Shown here piece after piece: positions 1 to 7,444 of a stretch of 27,578 nucleotides of DNA; position 1 is the stretch's first letter, and every line of letters starts with the position of its first letter. Origin of the DNA: a virus (Duplodnaviria > Caudoviricetes); the IMG/VR virus record IMGVR_UViG_3300038674_000113, positions 1-27,578 of that record; one strand, written 5' to 3'. Under the pieces are notes generated by a model. The model was not told the origin of the DNA. It saw only the letters and a program-made list of their open reading frames with translations, and did not search any database. A program made the translations under genes and the position numbers.

Positions 1-173
1 CGTCGTTACGCCTGGTGCGTGATGGTTGGAAATACCCGACAAGGTTATCCCACCTGGGGGATGTAAAAGAAGCAGCGTAACTGCTGATACCAGGAGCCTG
101 AGTAAAGGGTACGGAGCTATCAACTCCAATCTGCAAAGTAATCTTGTGTACCCCGAACTGCAAAGCCTGGAAT

Positions 174-197
174 AGCCCCTCTTCGGAGGGGCTTTTT
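174..197 (+). terminator. Rho-independent terminator
   Basis: AGCCCCTC-TTCG-GAGGGGCT stem-loop followed by a T run. Confidence 0.85.
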
Positions 198-213
198 CCG
201 TTAAGGAGTAACG

Positions 214-348
214 ATGCCTTACGCTTATGAAGTCACGGATCGTCGTGGCAAGAAGTACCTGGTATTTGCCAACAGTGTCGAGCACGACAATGCAGTCATG
301 TTCGGCTATCCCATGAAACCACTCTATGAAGAGAAACCCAATGTCTGA
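214..348 (+). CDS. Small hypothetical protein, 44 aa (MPYAYEVTDRRGKKYLVF...)
   Basis: Not in the ORF track; strong TAAGGAG RBS; stop overlaps the next start. Confidence 0.7.
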   Translation: MPYAYEVTDRRGKKYLVFANSVEHDNAVMFGYPMKPLYEEKPNV

Positions 349-772
349 TCTCGAACAGAAAATTGTTGCTGCTGGTGCTGATAAAGCTCCACGTCTTACC
401 CCGGACTACATCAAGTCCCTGATTAAATCCGAAGTGTTCTTCACCGCTGCCGAAGGTATCGCCGGTGCAAACCAGAACAGTGATTCCCCGGATATCACCC
501 AGGAAACGCTGGAGTCCCATAAGCTGGTGACCATCTGCGTACTGACTCTTGAAAACGGTTTTACCCTGATCGGCCATTCTGCCTGCGCCAGCCCAGAGAA
601 CTTTAACTTCTCCATCGGCTGCGATGTTGCCCGTGAAAACGCCATTGAGCAGATCTGGCTGGTGGAAGGTTATCGCCTGAAACAGCGTCTGTTTGAAGAA
701 GCTCAGACCAAAGCTGCACTGGCTGAGTTCGCTGAGAACAACAAATGTGAAAGCGGTGCCTGTAGCATTTAA
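341..772 (+). CDS. N4 gp49 / Sf6 gp66 family protein (possible nucleotide-signal sponge)
   Basis: APRLTP...VTICVLTLENGFTLIGHSACASPENFN...ARENAIEQIWLVEGYRLK matches the family signature as I recall it; start placed at MSDLEQ. Confidence 0.85.
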   Translation: MSDLEQKIVAAGADKAPRLTPDYIKSLIKSEVFFTAAEGIAGANQNSDSPDITQETLESHKLVTICVLTLENGFTLIGHSACASPENFNFSIGCDVARENAIEQIWLVEGYRLKQRLFEEAQTKAALAEFAENNKCESGACSI

Positions 773-778
773 ATAATT

Positions 779-802
779 AAGCCCCTCATTGAGGGGCTTT
801 TT
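779..802. terminator. Terminator between convergent genes, probably bidirectional
   Basis: AAGCCCCTC-ATT-GAGGGGCTT followed by Ts, with A-rich sequence upstream. Confidence 0.8.
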
Positions 803-803
803 A

Positions 804-1712
804 TTATACGAATCCGTTCTGTTCGAACTTACTTCCTGAGTTCCCTACCGGTTCGACACCGGCTCCCTGGTCTTGCAGTAGTGTACAGGCTGCAATGTAT
901 TTTTGGTAGTAGTTGTTCCCTTCGTGCATCCCACCCTGTACCCCGGATTTATTAGAGTTGAACTTACGAGAAGCAATATAAAAAAGAATCGCCTGGAGGT
1001 ACTCGTAAGGCACATCAATAAAAATTCGAGTTGGATCATATGGGATACCACTGTTTTCAATTTTCTTAACACGCTTCGCTGTTGCCCGGTACACGACACG
1101 CAGTTTCTGCGGAGTCAGGTTATCCGGCACACGGATCGTGTTATACGCTGCAAGCTGGATAGAGCACGAGTCACCCGGACGAATGTTCGGTACACCAAAT
1201 GGATGGTGCCGGGTAACAATCGTACCTGGTTTATCCACTGTTTTACTGAACCGTGCGTTACGGCATTTGTAACACATCTCATCCAGTTCTTCCGGGCTAA
1301 TCGGTGCCCCGCACTTGCAGGTTCGCCTTGCACTGGCGTGCGGCGAACCTACATCGTGCGCGAGAGGCATCTCATTCCCGTTGCAGTCATAGACTTCATA
1401 AATCTGCTGGAGATCATCTTCCCAGACTTCACCAGTGCTGGTGGTTAAATTACGATTGCCCCCCTTCAATTTCATCTGGGCACTTGCGACCGAGTTATCG
1501 ATCACGTACAGAGTCTGGCCCCGGCAGGTCTGGAGGAAGACTTCTTTTCTTTTAATCCAGAACCGGGAAGAGATATCACCCAAAGCAGCATTGAGCAGGA
1601 CGATGATTTTGTTTACCGTTGCTACGGAAAACTCACCGTCTTGTGCCCAACCTGTTTGTGCGAATTCTCCGACCAGAAGGTTATCCAATACGTCGGACAG
1701 TCTTAATTTCAT
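804..1712 (-). CDS. N4 gp67-like virion structural protein (head-tail adaptor)
   Basis: Directly downstream of terL; N-terminal MKLRLSDVLDNLLVGEF and C-terminal YLQAILFYIASR...EGNNYYQKY...KFEQNGFV resemble gp67-like proteins. Confidence 0.7.
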   Translation of the reverse strand: MKLRLSDVLDNLLVGEFAQTGWAQDGEFSVATVNKIIVLLNAALGDISSRFWIKRKEVFLQTCRGQTLYVIDNSVASAQMKLKGGNRNLTTSTGEVWEDDLQQIYEVYDCNGNEMPLAHDVGSPHASARRTCKCGAPISPEELDEMCYKCRNARFSKTVDKPGTIVTRHHPFGVPNIRPGDSCSIQLAAYNTIRVPDNLTPQKLRVVYRATAKRVKKIENSGIPYDPTRIFIDVPYEYLQAILFYIASRKFNSNKSGVQGGMHEGNNYYQKYIAACTLLQDQGAGVEPVGNSGSKFEQNGFV

Positions 1713-1720
1713 GCCTCACC

Positions 1721-3334
1721 TCACGGTAGGTAGGAGTTAAGGCCACTATCGCCCCAACCGTCATCAATCTTCTGATCCCAAATATTACCATCCTCCCACG
1801 ACAACTGCGTGCTTTCTTCGCTTGGCTTGAAGGGTTTCATGCTGGCGAGCATGGAGATGGTATCCACGGCATCATCGTGCTTGGACTTGAACCCTCCAAC
1901 CGAAGCCAGTTTAAGTTCATCCATCATTTCCATGAGTGGGGCTTCATGCTTGTGCTCAATCGGGAAGTACATCTTACCGGCCTTAAACCAGGGCACGACT
2001 ACGTTAAAGCGTTGCAGCTTATTCGTGTTCGGCCTGATACCAGGTTGGTTTGAGTTCTCGTTTGAAGCCAGAGTAAACCAGTTACCAGTTCGGGCCATAC
2101 GCTCCTGGATGATGGAGATAAAACCCTGCTGTTGCCCGGAGACTTCGACACCTACAGAGATTGGCCTGTATTTTGCATTGAGTCGGAAGAGGTCATCAAT
2201 GTTCTTGGCCATGTCCTGCCGCTTACATACGCCGTCTACCCAGAACCAGTCGCCGTTGTTGTTGTAAGCCCACACGGAGATAACCGAGAAGTCATTTGCC
2301 TGCTTCTCACCGGTCGCAAAGTCAGTGGTGATGTAGAAGTTGAAGTTCGACGGGTTATTCATTACCAGGTCGATTTTGTACCAACGGATATCACCATCTG
2401 CGATCAGGCGATCCTCATCGGACATAATTCGAAGCATAAGCTCCTGGTTGAACATTGAAATCATCCCGGCCTGTAACGCCTTATCGTACTGGCGTTTGAC
2501 GTACTCATACGGGAAACGGTCAGGCCAGCTACCCCGGAAATCTTCTTTCGTACAGGGGAAACGCTCGCACACCGGGTAGACGTTGACCGACCAGGCACCG
2601 GACTCAACCGCTTTGTACAGTGGATCGGATGCGTTAAACGGTGTACCCGACCAGATCATCATGTTACGTTCAGGGTGGAGAGCGTATTCCACCGCCTTGT
2701 AGATGGTATCTTCGATAGCCGCGATAACAGTCGGAGAACGTGCGTCCTCATCCGAAACCAGGTCATCGAGTACCGCCAGACGGGGACGCTTACCCATTTC
2801 TTTCGTACCACGAACACCGGTCTTTGCACCGTATCCCTTGACTACGAACTTATTGCCATCGACGTTCTGGAACTCCCAGCGAATATCAGTGAACTTCGCT
2901 ACCGGAATGTACTGCCGCAAGAACGGGCTGTTCTCGTAACGGAACTCCAGGTTCTTACGCATGTTCTTCACGCCGTTATCGATGGAGTCCGACACGTACA
3001 AGGCCAGTTCGATTTTACCGAAGCCTGGGATCTCCCCATAAACACCGATATACAGGAACAGGTATTCACCCATGATGGTTGTTTTAGCGGCACCACGGTG
3101 AATCATGTTGGCAATACGGGTATCGCCGGACACAACCTGATCCAACATTTTGTAGTGCAGCACAGGGGATTTGTTTTCCTCCCCCTGCCCGCCGTTCACC
3201 ATCTTGATGAACAGCACAAATTCCAGCGCGAACCGGGAAGGCTGGTAAGTAGGGTCATCGTTATAATCAACCTCTGCCAACCAGCTATCCACGGTGCGGG
3301 CGGTAATCTGTTCTCCCATTACCAGGTCTTTCAT
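1721..3334 (-). CDS. terL: Terminase large subunit (N4 gp68-like)
   Basis: Walker A-like HRGAAKTT, Walker B LAVLDD, nuclease motifs TTDFA and HDDAVD; start overlaps the upstream stop (ATGA). Confidence 0.95.
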   Translation of the reverse strand: MKDLVMGEQITARTVDSWLAEVDYNDDPTYQPSRFALEFVLFIKMVNGGQGEENKSPVLHYKMLDQVVSGDTRIANMIHRGAAKTTIMGEYLFLYIGVYGEIPGFGKIELALYVSDSIDNGVKNMRKNLEFRYENSPFLRQYIPVAKFTDIRWEFQNVDGNKFVVKGYGAKTGVRGTKEMGKRPRLAVLDDLVSDEDARSPTVIAAIEDTIYKAVEYALHPERNMMIWSGTPFNASDPLYKAVESGAWSVNVYPVCERFPCTKEDFRGSWPDRFPYEYVKRQYDKALQAGMISMFNQELMLRIMSDEDRLIADGDIRWYKIDLVMNNPSNFNFYITTDFATGEKQANDFSVISVWAYNNNGDWFWVDGVCKRQDMAKNIDDLFRLNAKYRPISVGVEVSGQQQGFISIIQERMARTGNWFTLASNENSNQPGIRPNTNKLQRFNVVVPWFKAGKMYFPIEHKHEAPLMEMMDELKLASVGGFKSKHDDAVDTISMLASMKPFKPSEESTQLSWEDGNIWDQKIDDGWGDSGLNSYLP

Positions 3335-3501
3335 TCGACTTTTACCTTCCCGCATTTAGCACAACACAGCACTTTCTTTCCATCGGTAGCCGTGCGTACA
3401 AAGTAATATGAATGCTTACAACGCTTAAGCCAGGCCATGAATGCACCCAGTAAAAACGCGCCTACCCCAAACAGTGTCACTATCAGTTCTGGCTTACTCA
3501 T
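3331..3501 (-). CDS. Small membrane-anchored protein with Cys/His-rich tail
   Basis: N-terminal hydrophobic helix, then CKH...CCAKCG; overlaps both neighbouring genes. Confidence 0.7.
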   Translation of the reverse strand: MSKPELIVTLFGVGAFLLGAFMAWLKRCKHSYYFVRTATDGKKVLCCAKCGKVKVE

Positions 3502-4180
3502 CGAGTTTCTCCGCTTCAATGACACGATATGCGGCCACCTGCCCTGCTGTTATTGCCCCACTGGCAATCGCAGCTGCTTGTTGGTCTACCAGCGTCTGGG
3601 TCGCCTGTCGCAATGCCTCCAGCGTACCATCGTCCTTGTGGTTGATATCCAGTTCCATCTTCTTAGTCTCAGGCGGGCGCAACGTGTTCAGTACGCTGTT
3701 CGCAGCATCGCTGCGTACCTTTTCACTGGTAGCACTGACCATCAACTCAGCCTGAACGTTGAGAGCTTTCCAGAACAGGTCACGGCCTACCACATGCACA
3801 GGAACAAGCGACTGCTCCATTACCAGGTTTACCAGTTTAGTATTATGGTACGCATGGACGTAACTTGAAATGTCTTTTGCACTGGTGCCCTTCTGAGCGA
3901 AGTATGCATACTTATCCGGGAAGGTCTTCATCCACGCTTCCTGGTTCGTTAAGCCCATCAGCTTATACGACACATACCTGACTGCCGCACTGTACTGCTT
4001 AACCGTAAACTTCCCTTCTTTCAGCACATGGCCATAGCTCAACAGGTTGTTACGGTAATACTCGTAAAACTGAGGGTCAGCCACAGCAGCGTTAATCCCA
4101 TGCAACACTTCATCCGTGACAGTCTTACGGATGTTGTCAGGCAACGCAGCTTTGAGTGTATTTAAATCGAGCAATGCCAT
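3494..4180 (-). CDS. N4 gp69-like protein (putative terminase small subunit)
   Basis: Upstream of terL; AVRYVSYKLMG, KLVNLVMEQSLVP and SEKVRSDAANSVL motifs; GGAG RBS before MALLDL. Confidence 0.8.
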   Translation of the reverse strand: MALLDLNTLKAALPDNIRKTVTDEVLHGINAAVADPQFYEYYRNNLLSYGHVLKEGKFTVKQYSAAVRYVSYKLMGLTNQEAWMKTFPDKYAYFAQKGTSAKDISSYVHAYHNTKLVNLVMEQSLVPVHVVGRDLFWKALNVQAELMVSATSEKVRSDAANSVLNTLRPPETKKMELDINHKDDGTLEALRQATQTLVDQQAAAIASGAITAGQVAAYRVIEAEKLDE

Positions 4181-4234
4181 AGCATATAGTCTCCCTATAG
4201 GTTTTAAACCAGAGTATAAACATGAGGCCAAGAA

Positions 4235-4444
4235 ATGAAAACTAAACTCACTCCTGGAATGGTTGTGCGGTGTGACGACAACTGTATCTACCGGATTAAA
4301 GATATCCGAGGTAACTTTGCCAGTGTCGTTAACTTAGGCACCCTGCACCATATAAAACCCGGACACAACACTGTAGGTTTTGCAGGGGTTAACTGGTTAC
4401 AAAAAGGTCAGCTTATTGTGAAAAACTTTAAGTTAAATTTTTAA
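4235..4444 (+). CDS. Hypothetical protein
   Basis: 69-aa ORF with GAGG RBS. Confidence 0.6.
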   Translation: MKTKLTPGMVVRCDDNCIYRIKDIRGNFASVVNLGTLHHIKPGHNTVGFAGVNWLQKGQLIVKNFKLNF

Positions 4445-4467
4445 AATTTTTTATGAGGAAAATTTTT

Positions 4468-4650
4468 ATGACACGAGCAGAAGCACTAAAGCATATGCAG
4501 GAAGGCGGTAAGGTCAAACACTCTTATTGGCCGGGTAAAGTTTTAAGTTTAGATAGTAAACAACATATCCGTGTAGACAGTACAGGTTATGGTCTGCACT
4601 GGGCATTCCATCATGAACCTAAAGTAAGTGATGGGTGGGAAAAAGTTTAA
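4468..4650 (+). CDS. Hypothetical protein, weakly DUF2829/Tad2-like
   Basis: GAGG RBS before MTRAEALKHMQEGGKVKHSYW; ends DGWEKV. Confidence 0.6.
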   Translation: MTRAEALKHMQEGGKVKHSYWPGKVLSLDSKQHIRVDSTGYGLHWAFHHEPKVSDGWEKV

Positions 4651-4777
4651 GCAACTTTTATAAATTTTTTATAGCAGGAGATAGATGCTCAACTTACTAC
4701 TCTGGCTGTAGGTTTAGGTGGATACCCCCTCCATAGTGCTGGCTGAAAAAGGATTCTTACTATGCCTTACACATCTT

Positions 4778-4790
4778 TGGCCATAGGCCA
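4778..4790 (+). promoter_or_regulatory. Putative virion RNAP hairpin promoter (ATA class)
   Basis: TGGCC-ATA-GGCCA, intergenic, upstream of the first early gene. Confidence 0.65.
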
Positions 4791-4933
4791 TCCTATGGAA
4801 ACAAAGTCGTTGTGTGACTATAAACCAGCTCCAATCGTAGTTGTAGTACCACTCGTTCATGTCGCGGTGCATGAACCCTTTACGAGTGTAAGCCGCATCA
4901 CCTATCCAATCCTATAGCTATGGAGTATTACTC

Positions 4934-5191
4934 ATGTCCCAAGCACCTCAGAAAGGTATCATCGGTTCTATCACTGACGCACTGGTAGCCACTGTCTCCA
5001 CTGTCACCACAACTGCAACCGCAGTCAATCGTCTGGCTACTGCTGGTGATGAGCTGGCTAAGGTAGCAGAGAACAAAGCTAAACGCTTCGGTGAACTCAT
5101 CGAGATCAAAGACCAGATGATCTACAACGCAGCTAAGCATGAGCTTGACCAGCAACTCGCTGCTCTCGCTGCACCTACCAAAACCAAGTAA
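4934..5191 (+). CDS. Early hypothetical helical protein
   Basis: GGAG RBS; 85 aa, Ala/Thr-rich; first gene after the hairpin. Confidence 0.85.
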   Translation: MSQAPQKGIIGSITDALVATVSTVTTTATAVNRLATAGDELAKVAENKAKRFGELIEIKDQMIYNAAKHELDQQLAALAAPTKTK

Positions 5192-5201
5192 GGATTAAAC
5201 C

Positions 5202-5318
5202 ATGAGCAAGTTAGCATTCATTGAAGATGTATTCGTTATCGCTGTTGTTACGTTCGGGATTGGCTTGCTCATGTCAGGTAGCACTGTCGAGTTCGCACTG
5301 TCTATCATCAATCGTTAG
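5202..5318 (+). CDS. Small membrane protein, 38 aa (MSKLAFIEDVFVIAVV...)
   Basis: TAAGGA RBS, hydrophobic sequence, followed by a terminator. Confidence 0.65.
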   Translation: MSKLAFIEDVFVIAVVTFGIGLLMSGSTVEFALSIINR

Positions 5319-5323
5319 TCCTC

Positions 5324-5357
5324 TGCCTCATCCTTCGGGATGAGGCATATTCTTTTT
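5324..5357 (+). terminator. Rho-independent terminator
   Basis: TGCCTCATCC-TTCG-GGATGAGGCA followed by TATTCTTTTT. Confidence 0.85.
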
Positions 5358-5396
5358 ACACAACTACACAACTACACATTACACACTACACAACTA
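5357..5396 (+). repeat. Tandem repeat, about 5 copies of TACACA(AC)
   Basis: tacacaac tacacaac tacacat tacacac tacacaac. Confidence 0.85.
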
Positions 5397-5594
5397 ACCT
5401 CTGAGGCACTGAGACAGTAAGGCGCGCTATAAGTTACCAAAACTTTACCGGATTTACTCGCGCTAGGTATGACGGTCAGAAATCATACACTTACTTTCCT
5501 ATACCACTTTTATCGATAACCCTTATCGGAAATTTATGTTAGTGGAAAAGGTTGACAGAGATTAGGATGTATTTACTGAGTAAAACACTACCTG

Positions 5595-5761
5595 TTACTA
5601 CTTACTATCTCTACCTATCTAACTACTTACTATCAATACCTACTTTATCTATATCTATATCACTTATCTCTACCTATACCCTATCAACTACTATCTCTAT
5701 ACCTATACCTATCCTATATCTATAACTCATATCTACCTTATATCTAATAACCTTACCTTTA
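5595..5761 (+). repeat. G-free low-complexity tract of degenerate CTATCT/CTACCT/CTATAC units
   Basis: No G between positions 5594 and 5762. Confidence 0.9.
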
Positions 5762-5826
5762 GTATGTATATACATAAATAGGGAGTAACACGTAGGTACG
5801 TAGTACCGTAGTGTTACGACCGGTAG

Positions 5827-5841
5827 TAGTGCATAGCACTA
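5827..5841 (+). promoter_or_regulatory. Putative virion RNAP hairpin promoter (ATA class)
   Basis: TAGTGC-ATA-GCACTA upstream of the RBS and ATG at 5880. Confidence 0.7.
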
Positions 5842-5879
5842 TAAGTGGAGTAATGCACTTAACCTATTGGAGACATACT

Positions 5880-6413
5880 ATGACTACGTTATTCGTACTG
5901 GACTATCTATTCGTTGCTGACAACAATCCTCAAGAGAAAGAGTTTGAAGATAAAGCAGCTATATACGCATGGCTCTTAAGCCATCTTGAAGAAGACTTTG
6001 GCTACATCACATTGTTCCACGGTGACAATGAGCCTGTAGATGGATGGTCAGACGTTATCGAGTTCTGTCGTCCTGCTAAGACACCTGATGTGTGTCCTGC
6101 TGTATGCAATCATGGGCGTGGTCTTAACTGCCCAGAGTGCTGGCCTACGTCTAAAACGGCCTGTATCGCTCTCAGAGCGACTGAACTCAATCTGCCTGTA
6201 GTTGATGTGGGTGAGAGTGATTTACCGCGTGTGGAGCGGTTTGGTGACCTACCTGATGGTACTCTGTTCTATCTGGCCCAGACATATGCGTATGGTGGCC
6301 GACAGAAGTACCAGAAGACACTGGAAGATGGTGGTGCTCATAATGCGGTCTACGCTAATGACACCAACCTTGCTATGACTGTACCAGACATGCAGTTAGT
6401 CTTCCGTGCATAA
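5880..6413 (+). CDS. Early hypothetical multi-domain protein
   Basis: GGAG RBS before MTTLFV; central CNHGRGLNCPECWP; C-terminal domain resembles 7257..7436. Confidence 0.8.
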   Translation: MTTLFVLDYLFVADNNPQEKEFEDKAAIYAWLLSHLEEDFGYITLFHGDNEPVDGWSDVIEFCRPAKTPDVCPAVCNHGRGLNCPECWPTSKTACIALRATELNLPVVDVGESDLPRVERFGDLPDGTLFYLAQTYAYGGRQKYQKTLEDGGAHNAVYANDTNLAMTVPDMQLVFRA

Positions 6414-6426
6414 ACATTCAAACCTG

Positions 6427-6441
6427 ACTCGCATAGCGAGT
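6427..6441 (+). promoter_or_regulatory. Putative virion RNAP hairpin promoter (ATA class)
   Basis: ACTCGC-ATA-GCGAGT, intergenic. Confidence 0.7.
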
Positions 6442-6472
6442 TGGGTGATTCCCATTTAAACCAGAGGTTTAT

Positions 6473-6637
6473 ATGAACTATTTACAGAAGATGTGGGTTA
6501 AGGTTTATCAAGACTACCTTAACGCTGCTAAAGCTACTGCTGAGAGTAAAGGTGAACCACTGAATAGCAACGAAGTATTCATGGCCCGTAAACAGGCTGA
6601 TCTAGCATTAGCATCCCTTATTAACTTAGGAAAATAA
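6473..6637 (+). CDS. Small hypothetical protein, 54 aa (MNYLQKMWVKVY...)
   Basis: GAGGT RBS; not in the ORF track. Confidence 0.7.
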   Translation: MNYLQKMWVKVYQDYLNAAKATAESKGEPLNSNEVFMARKQADLALASLINLGK

Positions 6638-6639
6638 TC

Positions 6640-6738
6640 ATGACTATTTTAACCGCTATTGCTGTATGGGCTGTTGTATCTGTAGTGGCAACCTTCGCTG
6701 CTGTTCGTCTGGTAAGCATGAACCAGTACGAGGACTAA
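6640..6738 (+). CDS. Small membrane peptide, 32 aa (MTILTAIAVWAVV...)
   Basis: AGGA RBS; fills the gap between genes; single hydrophobic helix. Confidence 0.6.
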   Translation: MTILTAIAVWAVVSVVATFAAVRLVSMNQYED

Positions 6739-6740
6739 GT

Positions 6741-6956
6741 ATGGGTTACCTCTTAGGCTTTGCGTTGTTCACTATCATCGTTGTGCCGATGCTCTATTGG
6801 GGTATTCGGCATGAGGAAGAACGTGCTCGCATGTTCGGTACTAAACCCAACCATGCAGTGGAGATAGGCATTATTGCCGTTATCCTCGCTGTATGGTTAT
6901 TCGTAATCGTTTCGTGGTTAGGAGCTATGTATGCTATCACACCTGATGGTACATGA
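6741..6956 (+). CDS. Two-TM membrane protein
   Basis: GAGGA RBS before MGYLLG; two hydrophobic segments. Confidence 0.7.
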   Translation: MGYLLGFALFTIIVVPMLYWGIRHEEERARMFGTKPNHAVEIGIIAVILAVWLFVIVSWLGAMYAITPDGT

Positions 6957-7260
6957 AGAAATCGTTAAAGCCCGTGCTGCGGGCTTCGAAATGCGTTTAG
7001 AGCGTGAACATGCTCGTGCGCTGACATTCCCTCGTATTGCTCGCCGTTTGATGCAGACTCACCTGGGACAGCAGTATTACACCAACCGGATCGAGATAAC
7101 GATCTATGGCGAGGACTATTACCTCGCACACTCCGCTGAGTACCGTGATGGCTGTAAGCCAGAACTGAAAGCTCAGGTGGAGCATACGCTTAACCGTATC
7201 GATAAACATATTCGTAACGGTGGATATATCAATATGCAGTATTGGAAACCAGTCATATGA
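6931..7260 (+). CDS. Hypothetical protein
   Basis: GGAG RBS; 109-aa ORF within the operon. Confidence 0.7.
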   Translation: MLSHLMVHEEIVKARAAGFEMRLEREHARALTFPRIARRLMQTHLGQQYYTNRIEITIYGEDYYLAHSAEYRDGCKPELKAQVEHTLNRIDKHIRNGGYINMQYWKPVI

Positions 7261-7436
7261 AATTTAAAGATATCCCTGTATTTACTGAGTTTCGTCTTAC
7301 CCTCGACTGGAAGGCGGGTATTGATATCGTGTACGTTAAAATGACTGATGCCGTGAATGCGTATAACGCAGTTAAGGTATCTAATCCTGATTATCCACTA
7401 ACTATCGCTGCTGACTTTGAAGTCACAGTGGTCTAA
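7257..7436 (+). CDS. Hypothetical protein (MKFKDIP...NAYNAV domain)
   Basis: ATGA overlap with the upstream stop. Confidence 0.7.
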   Translation: MKFKDIPVFTEFRLTLDWKAGIDIVYVKMTDAVNAYNAVKVSNPDYPLTIAADFEVTVV

Positions 7437-7444
7437 GGCTATAT

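Noticed and set aside
1-80. 3' end of an upstream CDS
   Set aside because: Too short to determine the frame or product (open to 66 in frame 1 and to 80 in frame 3)
90-170. tRNA or hammerhead ribozyme
   Set aside because: No cloverleaf or TTCRA arm; CTGAGTA/CGAAC departs from the CUGANGA/GAAA core; kept only as a generic structured RNA candidate
2675-3406. 243-aa plus-strand ORF and other ORFs opposite terL and the gp67-like gene
   Set aside because: Antisense shadows of conserved genes
5552-5580. Perfect TTGACA suggesting a sigma70 promoter
   Set aside because: No acceptable -10 hexamer at 16-18 nt spacing
5357-5761. Repeats as a possible CRISPR-like array
   Set aside because: Units are 6-8 nt, degenerate, and have no unique spacers
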